Shown: positions 11,014 through 21,672 of the stretch, piece by piece
How positions within the stretch are numbered: position 1 is the stretch's first letter
Layout: each line of letters begins with the position of its first letter
Assembly (NCBI GenBank): GCA_963823665.1
Contig: CAWGMQ010000011.1
Span: 832,001-896,000, forward strand
From: an uncultured Planctomycetota bacterium
GTDB taxonomy: Bacteria > Planctomycetota > Planctomycetia > Isosphaerales > Isosphaeraceae
Reading direction: 5' to 3'
DNA length: 64,000 bases
The notes under the pieces: model-generated
The model's input: the letters and a program-made list of their open reading frames with translations, nothing else
Database searches by the model: none
Told to the model about the DNA's origin: nothing
Made by a program: the position numbers and the translations under genes

Positions 11014-11318
11014 GGCAGCATTCCTTTCGTTTCGGCAGGGTCGCGGTTTGATTCCCGGCCCACGTGAGCTGGGCCTGGAGATCCAATCACCGCGGGTCCG
11101 GCCGAGCCGACAGCAAACCAAGGAATTTGTCTTGGAAACCCAGGGTGTTAGCCTGGGCCGAGTTGTGGCTTTCCCATTGGGGGCGGGGAAACATCGAGAA
11201 GAAAATCCGACGGTGGCTTGTCGGCTTGGCGATCGGCGTGTTGACTAAGGCAGAAGAGAGGCCGGGTACGCGCCGGGCGGTTCGCCGCGGGCGCATCTGG
11301 CGTCGGGGGTTGTACGCG

Positions 11319-11939
11319 ATGATACGCAATGGCTCGGTGACGAAACTGATTCAGCTCCTGCGGTCTGACGACAAAACCGAGCGCGAAATGGCCGCCCTGC
11401 TCATCTGGCGTCGGTATTTCCGCGACTTGCTGGAGCTGGCGCGGAACAACCTGAACAAGCGAGTCCGTCGCCGGGCGGACGAGGAAGACGTGCTCCAGAG
11501 CATGTACAAGAGCTTCTGCCTGCGGCAGCAGCGCGGTGAATTTGACCTGGCCGGCCGCGATGCCCTGTGGAAGCTGCTGGTGACGATCACGCTCCGCAAA
11601 GCGCGGAATGCGGCCAAGGCACAAAGGCGGGAGAAGCGCGACGTCGCCAGAGAGCAAACGATGCCGATCGACGACGAGGCGCGATCGGTCCACTGGGTGC
11701 TCGAGCAGATGGATGCCGCCGGCCCTTCCCCCGCTGAGGCGGCCGTGCTCAACGAGGCCCTTGAACGCCGTCTCGAGGCTCTGGCCGACCCGGAGCTGCG
11801 CCAGATCGCGCTGTTGCGGCTGGAAGGCTACACGAACCGCGAGATCGCCGACGCGATGGATATGACCGAACGGTCGGTCGAGCGGCGGACCGAGCGGATT
11901 CGCAAGAAGTGGCTGACATACGACGACGGTGGGCCCTGA
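11319..11939 (+). CDS. ECF-type sigma factor (planctomycete kinase-associated type)
   Basis: GSVT.LI..LR, IWRRYFRDLLELAR, DEEDVLQS, LWKLLVTITLRKA, LRQIALLRLEGYTNREIA...ERSVERR. Confidence 0.9.
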   Translation: MIRNGSVTKLIQLLRSDDKTEREMAALLIWRRYFRDLLELARNNLNKRVRRRADEEDVLQSMYKSFCLRQQRGEFDLAGRDALWKLLVTITLRKARNAAKAQRREKRDVAREQTMPIDDEARSVHWVLEQMDAAGPSPAEAAVLNEALERRLEALADPELRQIALLRLEGYTNREIADAMDMTERSVERRTERIRKKWLTYDDGGP

Positions 11940-11940
11940 T

Positions 11941-11998
11941 CGTAGGGTGGGTGCAACCCACCAGCATATGATTCTCGGTGGGTTGCACCCACCCTACG
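11941..11998. repeat. Intact inverted GTAG-REP doublet
   Basis: cgtagggtgggtgcaacccacc-N14-ggtgggttgcacccaccctacg is a perfect 22-bp inverted repeat with internal hairpins, filling the sigma-kinase gap. Confidence 0.9.
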
Positions 11999-12007
11999 GA
12001 GGATGCC

Positions 12008-15000
12008 ATGGCCGAGATCCCGACCGCCGACTGGACCTGGATCGATGCGGCGGCAGTTCGCTTCGAGCGGGAATGGAAGGCAGGCACCCGGCCGCGGATC
12101 GAGGATTTCCTGGCCGATGTGGATGAATCGCGGTGGCCGGCGCTGCTCGAAGAGCTGTTGCGTGTCGAGCGCGAGCTTCTTCAGCGGGCAGGCGAGGAGC
12201 CCGATGCGGAAGAGTATCGCCGTCGGTTCCCAGATAGCGTCGCCGTGGTCAACGCGGTCTTCAGGCCGGATCCCGGGCGATCCGAGGTGACCGGCTCCGA
12301 CCCGGCGACCACCGGAGCGATCACTTCGGGCGGGGATCACAGCGGAAACTCGGAGGCGTCGCCCGGTACCCTCGTGCGCTACTTCGGCGACTACGAGCTG
12401 ATCCGGGAGATCGGCCGCGGCGGGATGGGAATTGTCTATAAGGCTCGCCAGATCAGCCTCAACCGTTCGGTCGCGCTCAAGATGATCCGGTCGGCTGCAC
12501 TGGCGTCGGAAGACGAGCTGCGGCGATTCCAGAATGAGGCCGAGGCGATTGCACTACTCGACCATCCGCATATCGTGCCGATCCTGGAAGTGGGCAATCA
12601 CGAAGGCCAGCGGTATTTCAGCATGAAGCTGATCGCCGGCTTGAGCCTCGACAAGAAGCTGGTCGATTACACAACCGATCCCAAATCCGCTGCGAGATTG
12701 CTCCAGAAGGCCGCGGAGGCGGTGCACCACGCTCACCAGCGCGGCATCCTGCACCGCGATTTGAAACCTGCCAACATCCTGCTCGACGATCACGGCGAGC
12801 CGTACGTGACTGACTTCGGCCTGGCCAAGCGAGTCGAAGGCGACAGCGAGCTGACGCACAGTGGCGCGATCATGGGCACACCGGCCTACATGGCAGCCGA
12901 ACAAGCGTCGGGCCGCCGCGGGGCGGTGACAACATCGAGTGACGTCTACGGTCTGGGGGCAATCCTTTACGCGCTCATGACTGCCCGTGCGCCATTCGTG
13001 GGCGACTCGATCGATGAGATTTTGGAGCATGTTCGTTCGGCCTCGCCCTCACGTCCCTCGAAAACTAACCCGCGTGCTCCGCGTGACCTCGAAGTCATTT
13101 GCCTGAAGTGTCTGGAGAAGGAGCCGGCGCGTCGGTATGCGTCGGCCGAGGCGTTTGCCGAAGACCTGGGCCGCTACCTGGCTGGCGAGGCGATCTTGGC
13201 ACGACCGGTCACGGCGTTCGAGCGTGCCGTCAAGTGGGCACGGCGGAAGCCGGTGATCGCAGCGCTGCTGGGGCTCGTCGCGTTTGTGTCGGCGTTAGGT
13301 CTTGGTGGCGTACTCTGGCAGTGGAGTGCCGCCCTAGTTGCGCGCCGTGCTGCCGAGTTCGAAAGCCAGCGGGCGAATGAACAGACCGAACTCGCCCAAC
13401 AACGATTGTACGACGTCCGGATGAATCTCCTCCATCGGTACTGGGAGAACGGTGATGACGAACGATTGCAGCAAGGGCTCGCCGAGCAACTTCCAGCCGA
13501 TGGCGCCGGCGTCGATCGACGAGGATTCGAGTGGTTCTACTGGCAACGGAAGCTCTCCTCCGGGCTAATCACCGTCAATAAAACCACCTTCGACGTACAA
13601 CCCCGCAGCTCCGCCGGCGGCACGTTCAGTCCCGACTGCAAACGGCTCGCCTCATTCGAGGATGACGGCACTGTGCGGATATGGGACGTCGCGACTGCGC
13701 AGGAGACTATCACTATCAGACACGCGAAGCGTATCTCTTGCGTGGTGTTCAGCCTTGATGGCAAGTGGCTCGCCTCCGCCGGTTCCGACCGAACGGTGAG
13801 GGTCTGGAATGCGGACTCCGGACAGGAGACACGCACCTCGGAGATGCAAAGCGGGGAGGTCTCGAGCTTGGCGTTCAGTCCCGAGGGCACGCGGATCGCG
13901 TTTGGTGACGATCAAACGCTGAAGGTGTGGGCGGTCGCGAACGGACGGCATACCGTCAGCTTGAGGAAAGATTACGACAGAATCGCGAGCTTGGCGTTCA
14001 AGCCGGATGGCATGCTGATCGCCTTGGGTGGTTTCGACGGGATGGTCAAGTTGTTGGACGCGGAGACTGGGCGGGAAACCCTCAACCTCGGCCACATTGC
14101 GAGCCGCGTCAACAGCTTGGCGTTCAGCCGCGACGGCACGCGGATCGCTTGCGCCAGCGCGTCTGGGAAGGTGCACGTCTGGGACGCCGGGACCGGACGG
14201 GAAATCTGCAGTTTCACGACGAGAACGGGCGATGGCATTTCTAACACGAGCGTGGCGTTCAGCCCCAACGGCCGGCAAATCGCGTCAGCGAGTCTGGATA
14301 GTCCCGTGCGCTTATGGAACGCCGAGACCGGGCAGAGGTCGCTCACCCTGGGCGGGCGCACGAGCGTCACGAGCGTGGCGTTCAACCCCGACGGCAGGCA
14401 AATCGCCTCTTTCGGACGGGATGGAGGGCTGAAAGTGTGGGAATTGGACGCGTGGGCTCGGCAGGAATCGCTGAGCCTCGATGTGCATAGTGGCTACGCT
14501 GTGTCTAGCGTGGCGTGCAGCCCAGACGGCAGGCAGATCGCCTCCGCCGGTTACGGCACGGTGAAGGTGTGGGATTCCGCGACAGGGCACCAAAGACTCC
14601 AAACGGATGGGCACGAAGGCGACGTGAACAGCGTTGCGTTTAGCCCCGACGGCAGGCTGATTGCCTCCGTCGGTAACGATGGGACGGTGAAAGTGTGGGA
14701 CTCGGAGACAGGCCAGGAAACTCTGACCCTCCGCTTGGATCGAAGCTTGGCGACTAGCGTCGTGTTCAGCTCGGACGGTGAGCGGATCGCCTTCGGTGGT
14801 CATGGGTTCGACGATGATCTACCGGCAATCCAGGTCTGGGACGCTAGGGCGAGACGAAAGCTCGTCACCCTCAACGGGCACTCCGACGGTATCACGAGTG
14901 TGGCGTTCAGTCCCGATGGCAAGTGTTTGGCATCAGGAAGCTGGGATCAGACGGTGCGGGTATGGGACGCTGTGACGGGGAAGCAAACCGTCATCTTCAA

Positions 15001-15373
15001 GAAACATAACGCCAAAGTCACGAGCGTGGCATTCGGCCCGGAAGGCAAGTTGATTGCCTCCGCCAGTAACGACCAGACCGTGCGAGTGTGCGACTCTCAT
15101 ACCGGACAGGAGATAACCACTCTCAAGGGGCATCGCGACGCTGTCTCGTGCGTGACATTCAGCCGCGACGGCAAGCGGTTAGCCTCCGCTAGCTGGGATA
15201 AAACGGTGATCCTCTGGGATGTCGGGACCTGGCTGGAAACACTCACTCTCAGGGGCCACACCGGTCGTATCAACGGGGTATCAATGAGCGCAGACGGCCT
15301 CACCGTCGCCACCGCCGGCGACGAAGGAACCGTCAAGATCTGGGAAGCAAGATCGCGGGCCCGGGAGCCGTGA
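12008..15373 (+). CDS. Ser/Thr protein kinase with TM helix and WD40 repeats
   Basis: IGRGGMG, VALK, HRDLKPAN, DFGLAK and GTPAYM, followed by about 14 WD40 units (VAFSPDG..IAS...D.TV.VWD). Confidence 0.95.
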   Translation: MAEIPTADWTWIDAAAVRFEREWKAGTRPRIEDFLADVDESRWPALLEELLRVERELLQRAGEEPDAEEYRRRFPDSVAVVNAVFRPDPGRSEVTGSDPATTGAITSGGDHSGNSEASPGTLVRYFGDYELIREIGRGGMGIVYKARQISLNRSVALKMIRSAALASEDELRRFQNEAEAIALLDHPHIVPILEVGNHEGQRYFSMKLIAGLSLDKKLVDYTTDPKSAARLLQKAAEAVHHAHQRGILHRDLKPANILLDDHGEPYVTDFGLAKRVEGDSELTHSGAIMGTPAYMAAEQASGRRGAVTTSSDVYGLGAILYALMTARAPFVGDSIDEILEHVRSASPSRPSKTNPRAPRDLEVICLKCLEKEPARRYASAEAFAEDLGRYLAGEAILARPVTAFERAVKWARRKPVIAALLGLVAFVSALGLGGVLWQWSAALVARRAAEFESQRANEQTELAQQRLYDVRMNLLHRYWENGDDERLQQGLAEQLPADGAGVDRRGFEWFYWQRKLSSGLITVNKTTFDVQPRSSAGGTFSPDCKRLASFEDDGTVRIWDVATAQETITIRHAKRISCVVFSLDGKWLASAGSDRTVRVWNADSGQETRTSEMQSGEVSSLAFSPEGTRIAFGDDQTLKVWAVANGRHTVSLRKDYDRIASLAFKPDGMLIALGGFDGMVKLLDAETGRETLNLGHIASRVNSLAFSRDGTRIACASASGKVHVWDAGTGREICSFTTRTGDGISNTSVAFSPNGRQIASASLDSPVRLWNAETGQRSLTLGGRTSVTSVAFNPDGRQIASFGRDGGLKVWELDAWARQESLSLDVHSGYAVSSVACSPDGRQIASAGYGTVKVWDSATGHQRLQTDGHEGDVNSVAFSPDGRLIASVGNDGTVKVWDSETGQETLTLRLDRSLATSVVFSSDGERIAFGGHGFDDDLPAIQVWDARARRKLVTLNGHSDGITSVAFSPDGKCLASGSWDQTVRVWDAVTGKQTVIFKKHNAKVTSVAFGPEGKLIASASNDQTVRVCDSHTGQEITTLKGHRDAVSCVTFSRDGKRLASASWDKTVILWDVGTWLETLTLRGHTGRINGVSMSADGLTVATAGDEGTVKIWEARSRAREP

Positions 15374-15491
15374 GCGAATCGTGAGGCATCGCGTCTCGTT
15401 GAGCCGCTTACTGAGGAATCGACGGGCGATCGCGCCATTCGCGAGGTAACGTTCCGACCACGACATATCGCTCGACCCTGCGGAGTATGAG

Positions 15492-16210
15492 ATGGCCGAA
15501 ATCCCGACCGCCGACTGGACCTGGATCGACGCTGCCGCCGTCCGCTTCGAGCAGGAATGGAAGGCCGGCACCCGCCCGCGGATCGAGGACTTCCTGGCCG
15601 AGGTGGATGAATCGCGGTGGCCGCTACTCCTGGAAGAGCTGCTGCGGGTCGAGCGCGAGCTTCTTCAGCGGGCGGGCGAGGAGCCCGATGCGGAAGAGTA
15701 TCGCCGCCGGTTCCCGGATAGCGTCGCCGTAGTCAACGCGGTCTTCAGCCCGGATCCCGGCCGATCCTCGCGACCGGCCCCGACCCGGCGACCACCGGAC
15801 CAATCACTTCGGGCGGGGATCAGAACGGAAACCAGGAGCCGGCGACCGGCACCCTCGTGCGCTACTTCGGCGACTACAAGCTGATCCGTGAGATCGGCCG
15901 CGGCGGGATGGGAATTGTGTACAAATCGCGCCAGATCAGCCTCAACCGGCTGGTCGCGCTCAAGATGATCCGTTCGGCCGCGCTGGCCTCGGAAAGCGAG
16001 CTTCGGCGCTTCCAGAACGAGGCCGAGGCGATCGCGCTGCTGGATCACCCTCATATCGTGCCGATCCTGGAAGTAGGCAACCACGACGGCCAGCGCTACT
16101 TCAGGATCAAGCTGATCGGCGGCTTGAGCTTGGACAAGAAGCTGGTCGACTACACCGCGGATCCGAAATCCGCCGCGCGGCTGCTCCGGACGGCAGCGGA
16201 GGCCGTGCAT
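15492..16210 (+). pseudogene. Truncated paralogous copy of the 12008 kinase 5' part
   Basis: Protein nearly identical to 12008-12730 (MAEIPTADWTWIDAAAVRFE...AAEAVH). Frameshifts at 15765-15840, and homology stops before HRD. Confidence 0.85.
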
Positions 16211-16279
16211 AGCAGAGCGACCTGGCTTTTCTGCTCGACAGAAAAGCAGATCTGGTGGGTAAACGCTCCGGAGTCCGCG

Positions 16280-16463
16280 ATGAATGGGATTCCCACCGCC
16301 GGTTCGGCCTGGATCGACGCGGTCGGTGTGCGCCTCGAATGGAAGCAAGGCACCCGCCCGCGGGTCGAGCATTTCCCGGCCGACGTGGGCGAAACGCGAT
16401 GGCCGCTGCTTCTGGAAGAGTTGGTGCGGGTCGAGCGCGTGCTCATCGAACGTGCGGGCCAGG
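16280..16463 (+). pseudogene. More degenerate copy of the kinase N-terminal domain
   Basis: MNGIPTAGSAWIDAVGVRLEWKQGTRPRVEHFPADVGETRWPLLLEELVRVE aligns to MAEIPTADWTWIDAAAVRFEREWKAGTRPRIEDFLADVDESRWPALLEELLRVE. Confidence 0.75.
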
Positions 16464-16610
16464 TGCCCGGTACCGCATCACTCGGTGCGTTCCACGCGCA
16501 TTCCTGCTCGGAGAAAGAACCGCATGACCGCAAGAAAGGGTCGAGCGTCGACTTGATGAACTTGCAGGAATCTTCGCGGTCTCCGTCGGCGGATTCTCGG
16601 TGATGGTTAA

Positions 16611-16763
16611 TCATTCGGACCATGGAACTTGAACCCCGGCGGGTGCAACCTCGTGTTCTGCGACGGATCGGTGCGGTTCCTCGAGGACACGGTCAACGCC
16701 GAGGTCTTCAGCTCCCTCTCCACCCGCGCCGGAGGTGAAGTCATCGGAGCCGACCAATTCTGA
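16611..16763 (+). pseudogene. C-terminal remnant of a DUF1559 (H-X9-DG) protein
   Basis: WNLNPGGCNLVFCDGSVRFLEDTVNAEVFSSLSTRAGGEVIGADQF*. In-frame TAA immediately upstream, and the motif His is replaced by Asn. Confidence 0.8.
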
Positions 16764-16901
16764 TCGACGTCGAGCGGGCCGATCCTCCGGAAATCCCTCT
16801 GCAGGCTGACTGTGAGCCTTCGGGCATAAGGAAGTCGTGAGATGAAGAGCCAGATGCGTTTATCGCGCACGTCTGTATCAATGGGGGGCCTGGGTCGGCG
16901 A

Positions 16902-17516
16902 TCAGCCAGCTCTACCCTGCCGCGAACCAATGCTGCGCTGCATGCGGCAAACGTGCAACGGCAGCAGCGCGGCAGCGATCAACAGGAGGAATACTGATGA
17001 GGGCTCAGGGACGGCGGCCACCGTGATGACCGCCTCAGTCGTAGCCGTCGTCCCATCGAGCGTTCCAACGTAGGTTAGAGTGAGCGAAGATGGCAACGGT
17101 CCGGTTGCCTCGACTCGGAATTCGCCGATCGTGGTCTCCGAGGTCGAGAAACCGCGGTAAACCCACGTGACGTTCTCGAGAGATGTGTCGATGGGAGGCG
17201 TGAGTGGTGGCTGGAAGAGCGGAGGTGTAATGCCCGTGGGCTGTATCGAGTAACCCCAGAACGAATTCGGTGCGGCCGTAGCGGAGGTCAATGTAACTCC
17301 GGGTAAATCGTAAACGGTGAAAAAGCCGCCGTTAAACAACGTCCCGGAAGTCAACTGAACTTCAAAGACGTAATCAACGAGCGAGCCGCCAATTGGTTGC
17401 GCGGTTGCTGATGTGATTGTGATTCCCCCCGCGCGCGCTTGGCGGTCACCGACGAACGTTGCGGCGAACACAACGAGGCCCGCCAGAAAGGAACATCGTT
17501 TGATTGCAGCTCGCAT
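16902..17516 (-). CDS. PEP-CTERM sorting domain protein
   Basis: Signal peptide, Thr/Ser-rich body, VPEPSS followed by a hydrophobic helix and a basic tail. Confidence 0.9.
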   Translation of the reverse strand: MRAAIKRCSFLAGLVVFAATFVGDRQARAGGITITSATAQPIGGSLVDYVFEVQLTSGTLFNGGFFTVYDLPGVTLTSATAAPNSFWGYSIQPTGITPPLFQPPLTPPIDTSLENVTWVYRGFSTSETTIGEFRVEATGPLPSSLTLTYVGTLDGTTATTEAVITVAAVPEPSSVFLLLIAAALLPLHVCRMQRSIGSRQGRAG

Positions 17517-17646
17517 CGTTCGCTCCTTCTTATCGATCGTTGGTTGGACACGATTATCGGGCGTCAGATCGGCTCGCGGCGTTGGTGACTGATCAGCCGC
17601 TTCCGCTCACCCGGATTGGACGAAGAAAAACAGTCAAGCGGCGATT

Positions 17647-19366
17647 CTAACTGCGTCCAGAGGCCAGACGCAATGGCGACGTGGGGCGGCCGGGAACATC
17701 GGGAATGCGGCCCAGGCAGCGGTCGAAGGTGAGCAGGGTCAGGCCGAAGAGCATCGCCGCGACCACGGCGTACGCGGCGGTCCAGCAGAGCGCGGCAAAC
17801 GCCACGCCGGGCCAGGCATCGAGCGCGTACGGCGCGATGCTGGCGCGCGTCAGGAGCGCCATGCTGGCGACGGGGCTTCCCATCATGACCCAGTAGGGAA
17901 ACCAGTCATCGCGCGGGCGCTGGCAAACAGGAAGAAAATCAGCACGGGCCATCCCAGAGACATGCCCAGGCAGGCGATGGCGCACAGGGCAGGCGCGCGG
18001 CCGGCGCGGCGACTCCACGTGGGCAGCGCGAGGCTCAGGCCCGTGACGGCGGCGCCCTGCGCCAGGATCAAGGCCATGATGAGAAGCGCGCCGGCCCAGC
18101 GTCCAGCGGCGGTCAGCAGCAGCGTCATGACGGTCGGCAATAGTGCGAGCAGCGGGACGCGCCGGAACGCCCAGCGCCACTTCCCCCGGACGATCGTTGC
18201 GGTCGGCAGCGGCGTCGCGAGCAGCACGTCGAGGCTGCCGTGCGCGCGTTCCTCGTGCAGGCCGGCGGCCGTCGTGACGGCGAGAAGCAAAAGGCCGATG
18301 GCGACCTGACCGGCGTTGACGCGCATTGGCATCCAGATCCCGGGCACGCCGCGCGGGGCAATCATCATCAGGAACGCTGTCACGCTCAGCGCGAGCGCCA
18401 GCACGCCATAGAGGCCCCAGACGATCCGAGTCCAGCGCGACGGGGGTTGGCGGTGGCACTCGCGCCAAAGGACGGGGTTGCCGTCGAGCGTGGGCGCCCA
18501 CGGGCGGCGCCACCGGGGAGAGCGGGCGCGTGGTGTCGCCCTCTGTCTGCTCTGGCCGGCGCACACGGGCGCAGCCGCCAGATCGTGAGCGCGACCAGCC
18601 CGGCCGCGAGCACCACCGCCCCGGCCAGGAAGCGCAACTGCGCGGCGAGGCCCAGGCCCCACCGCGGCAATGCCTCGTGGACGAAGACGGTGAGCATGAA
18701 GGGATGGGTCTGCACCAGCCAGCCCGAGGGAAGCGGCCGGCTGGCAAGGTGGCTCGTCACCACGACCCAGACTGGCAAGAGCAGCAGCCAGCCGAACCAC
18801 ACCAAGTACATCGCCAGCAGCACCTCGTGGGTCTTCCTGCCCCAGAGCGAGAGCGACAAGGCGAGCGCGCAGCCGAGCACGGCGAGGCCCACGATCACGG
18901 CGAACGACCCAGCGAGGGCGACGGGGTCGATTCCCCCGAACAGGCTCGTGATCGCCAGCACGGGGAGGGCCGCGGCGATCGTCGCCAGCACCGGCAACAG
19001 CCGCGCGGCGAGCTTGCCGAGCACGACCTCGGCGCTGGAGAGGTCGGTGGCGAGGACATCGAGCAAGGTGCCGCGCGCCTTCTCCTGGCAGATCACGCCG
19101 GCCGTGGCCGCCGGCGCGGCGAGCAGAACGGTGACCACCGCCACGCACTCGATTATCCCGAAGAACATCTTCGCGAGATCGGCCTGTGCCTGCACGGTGG
19201 AGGAGGCGGTGCGGTGCGACTCGTCCACCCAGACCAGCCAGACCAGCGCCAGCCCGACCAGGAGCACGAGGACAAAGCCCGCACGCCAGGCGTACATCGT
19301 CCAGCGCCGGGTTGGCCGCAGCCACTCATAAGCAAAGACGGGACCGAGCCCGAGGCGGAGTGTCAT
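17647..19366 (-). CDS. ABC-2-type permease-like membrane protein (two permease halves); frameshifts near 18545 and 17915
   Basis: LGPVFAYEWL...RRW, APAATAGVICQEKARGTLLDVLATDLSSAEVVLGKL, then NPVLWRE and EERAHGSLDVLLATPL...IVRGKW. Confidence 0.8.
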
Positions 19367-20206
19367 CGATCTACTCACTCGAAATGGACGGGAGCCGAAA
19401 CTCGATCGACGCGGCCAGGCGGCGGGGCATTTCGTCTGCGCCGGCGCGCATACAGAATCAATTTTGTTCGCTAATCGATCTCATCGCTGGAACCCGCAAA
19501 CTTTCTGGAAATCTCCTGGTCGACGGCGCGTCGAATCTGCAAAGTCGTCACATATTGTACATGGGGAAGTGGGGTGGGGGCGTGTTGCACCTGGCGGGAG
19601 GCGGCTCGTGGCAGCACCCGCGTTTTGCCATTTTGTCGACCGGTTCGACGATTGCTTCGGGTGGAGTGGCTGCTCTGCAACTTCAATGGGCATAATCTAA
19701 TAGGAACAGAGCGAGGCGGTTCTTCGGCGGTGGCAAAAGCTCGTGGCATATGCCACCGAAAACTGCCACGACAAATCAATGGAGTTGTGCACTATGTTTT
19801 TGGCGTTTTTTTCAGGCTACTCGAAGGGAGGTTCGTGCCGCGTGGGGTGCGCGGTCTTCCCTGCGCGAACCCCCTCCGCCGGCTGCGGCGGCAGCTCCCA
19901 AACAAGGGCGGGAGGACGAGGTTTCGTTCCCTTAATCCTTGCGGGGAAAGGACGCGCGTCGAATATACAAAACGAACTGGGGGGCAGTGGAGGGGCTGAA
20001 TCGCAGGACGGAGGGCGGAGGAGCGCGACTTACGGATGTGCTCGTGGAGCGCGCCGCGGAGCGGCACGGGGGACGTTCCGACGCCGAGCATCGGGACGAG
20101 GGGAAAGCGGAGGGCGGAGGGCGGCGGAGGGGCGATGGAAGGCAATGCGCGGATGTTATCGCCGAGCGCAACGCGGAGCATCGGAACAACGGCTGCGCGG
20201 GGCGCG

Positions 20207-20332
20207 AAAAAGCGTCGTCATTCGTAAGTGTCGATGGGCGCGAGAGTTGCTTCGAAAGTTTTTCGGCTTCGAAAAACGTCGTCATTCGTAACTCCTGTTG
20301 TGGAAAGGAGATGACGACGATGACGACGTTTT
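20207..20332. repeat. Two 64-bp-period units cgtcgtcattcg-TAA-N19-(TTG/ATG) plus an inverted copy of the flank
   Basis: cgtcgtcattcgtaa at 20213 and 20277. aaaacgtcgtcat (20273) is the inverse of atgacgacgtttt (20320). Confidence 0.7.
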
Positions 20333-20570
20333 GGGGGGTCCGCGGGAGCTGTTCCCCCGATTGGGAAACGAAGGTGAGCGCAAGTGGTCGCGGGGACGTG
20401 AATCGGACGGACACACCCCTCGTGGATGCGGTCGCTCCTGATCTTGAAGGAATTCGGGTTAATTGTCATCCTGCCCGCGCGCCGGAGCGTGGGTTTTACC
20501 GTAGCGTGCTTCGCGCCGCGCTGCGAGAGGCGCTGCAAATCAACTGTGCGCGACGGACTGGGAGCCAAAG

Positions 20571-21445
20571 ATGCGCCCGATCCTCTTCGAGATCCCTGGT
20601 TGGGACATCAAGGTGCACAGCTATGGCGTGTTCATACTCTTCGCGTGCTTCAGCGCGCTTGGAATGTCGCTCTGGCGCGCTCGCCGGGAGAAGATCGACA
20701 CGTCCGTGGTTTACGAGCTGGCAACGTGGCTGTTCCTGGGCGGCGTGGTCGTGCGCGGGGCATGTATGTTGTGTTGCATCCGGAGATAATCCACAGCTTC
20801 TCTGACATCTTCCGAAGCTGGCAAGGCGGAAATGTTTTCTACGGATGCATCCTTGGCGGGCTAACTGGCTCTTTGTTGTACTGGTGCCGCCGGCCATATC
20901 CGCTCTGGAAAATGATCGACGTGGCCGCGCCGGCGGTCGCGATCGGTGCGGCCGTGGGGCGGATCGGGTGTTTTCTCAACGGCTGTTGCGACGGGGCTGT
21001 TTGCTCGTTGCCGTGGGGCGTGCAGTTCCCGGCGGGCTCTCACGCGTGGATGCGCCAGATGAATGCGGGACTGATATCCGAAGGTGCGGCGTGGTCGCTT
21101 CCCGTGCATCCGACACAGCTCTACGCGGCCGTGGCCGCGCTGGCTGTACTCGGTGTGCTTCTGGCCTACTTCCCGTTGCGCCGACGCCCGGGCGAGGTCA
21201 TGGCGGTTCTGATGATCACGTACTCGATCACGCGCTTGCCGATTGAGGCGCTGCGAGCGGATGAGCCTTCGGCGATTGGCGGGATGAATCCGGCACAGCT
21301 CATCAGCGTGGGTCTGTGCGTCGTGGGGCTGGCTGCATGGGCCTGGTTGCGATTCGGGACATCAAGGGCAACTGGTTCCCGGGGCAGCTTGCACGCTGGC
21401 CGGCCGCGTCGCTCGATTTCAGAGGCTGTCGACGTGCGATCGTGA
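20571..21445 (+). CDS. lgt: Prolipoprotein diacylglyceryl transferase; frameshift near 20750
   Basis: MRPILF..PG...VHSYG, WQGGNVFYG, D..AP...IG.AVGRIGCFLNGCC.G, PVHPTQLY, Y...R..IE.LR.D. Confidence 0.88.
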
Positions 21446-21622
21446 GGGATGGGCCTGATGGGCGGACATCGCAGAAGACTTGCCGCAGGTGCCACGTTCG
21501 TGGGGCTCGGAACCGCGGGTTAGCGACCCGAACTCAATGGCCTTTCGCGATTCTGGGACAGCGATTTACCCGAGAATGGAACAGGCGAAGCCAGTGCCAC
21601 CCGATCGGCACGGTCCGCGGAC

Positions 21623-21645
21623 GGCACACGGAGTGTGCCTGCTAC
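21623..21645 (-). repeat. GTAG-type REP
   Basis: Reverse complement GTAGCAGGCACACTCCGTGTGCC (GTAG plus hairpin), between convergent genes. Confidence 0.75.
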
Positions 21646-21672
21646 AACGGTCGCATGATCGTGCGATGTTAT

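Noticed and set aside
12008..16210. Duplicated kinase segment as a DGR template/variable pair
   Set aside because: In the 5' part compared by eye, differences are mostly synonymous and not adenine-specific, and there is no reverse transcriptase in the window.
19400..20550. Protein-coding genes in the 1.2-kb gap
   Set aside because: The overlapping ORFs are low-complexity and Arg/Gly-rich with no motifs, so the region is treated as non-coding.
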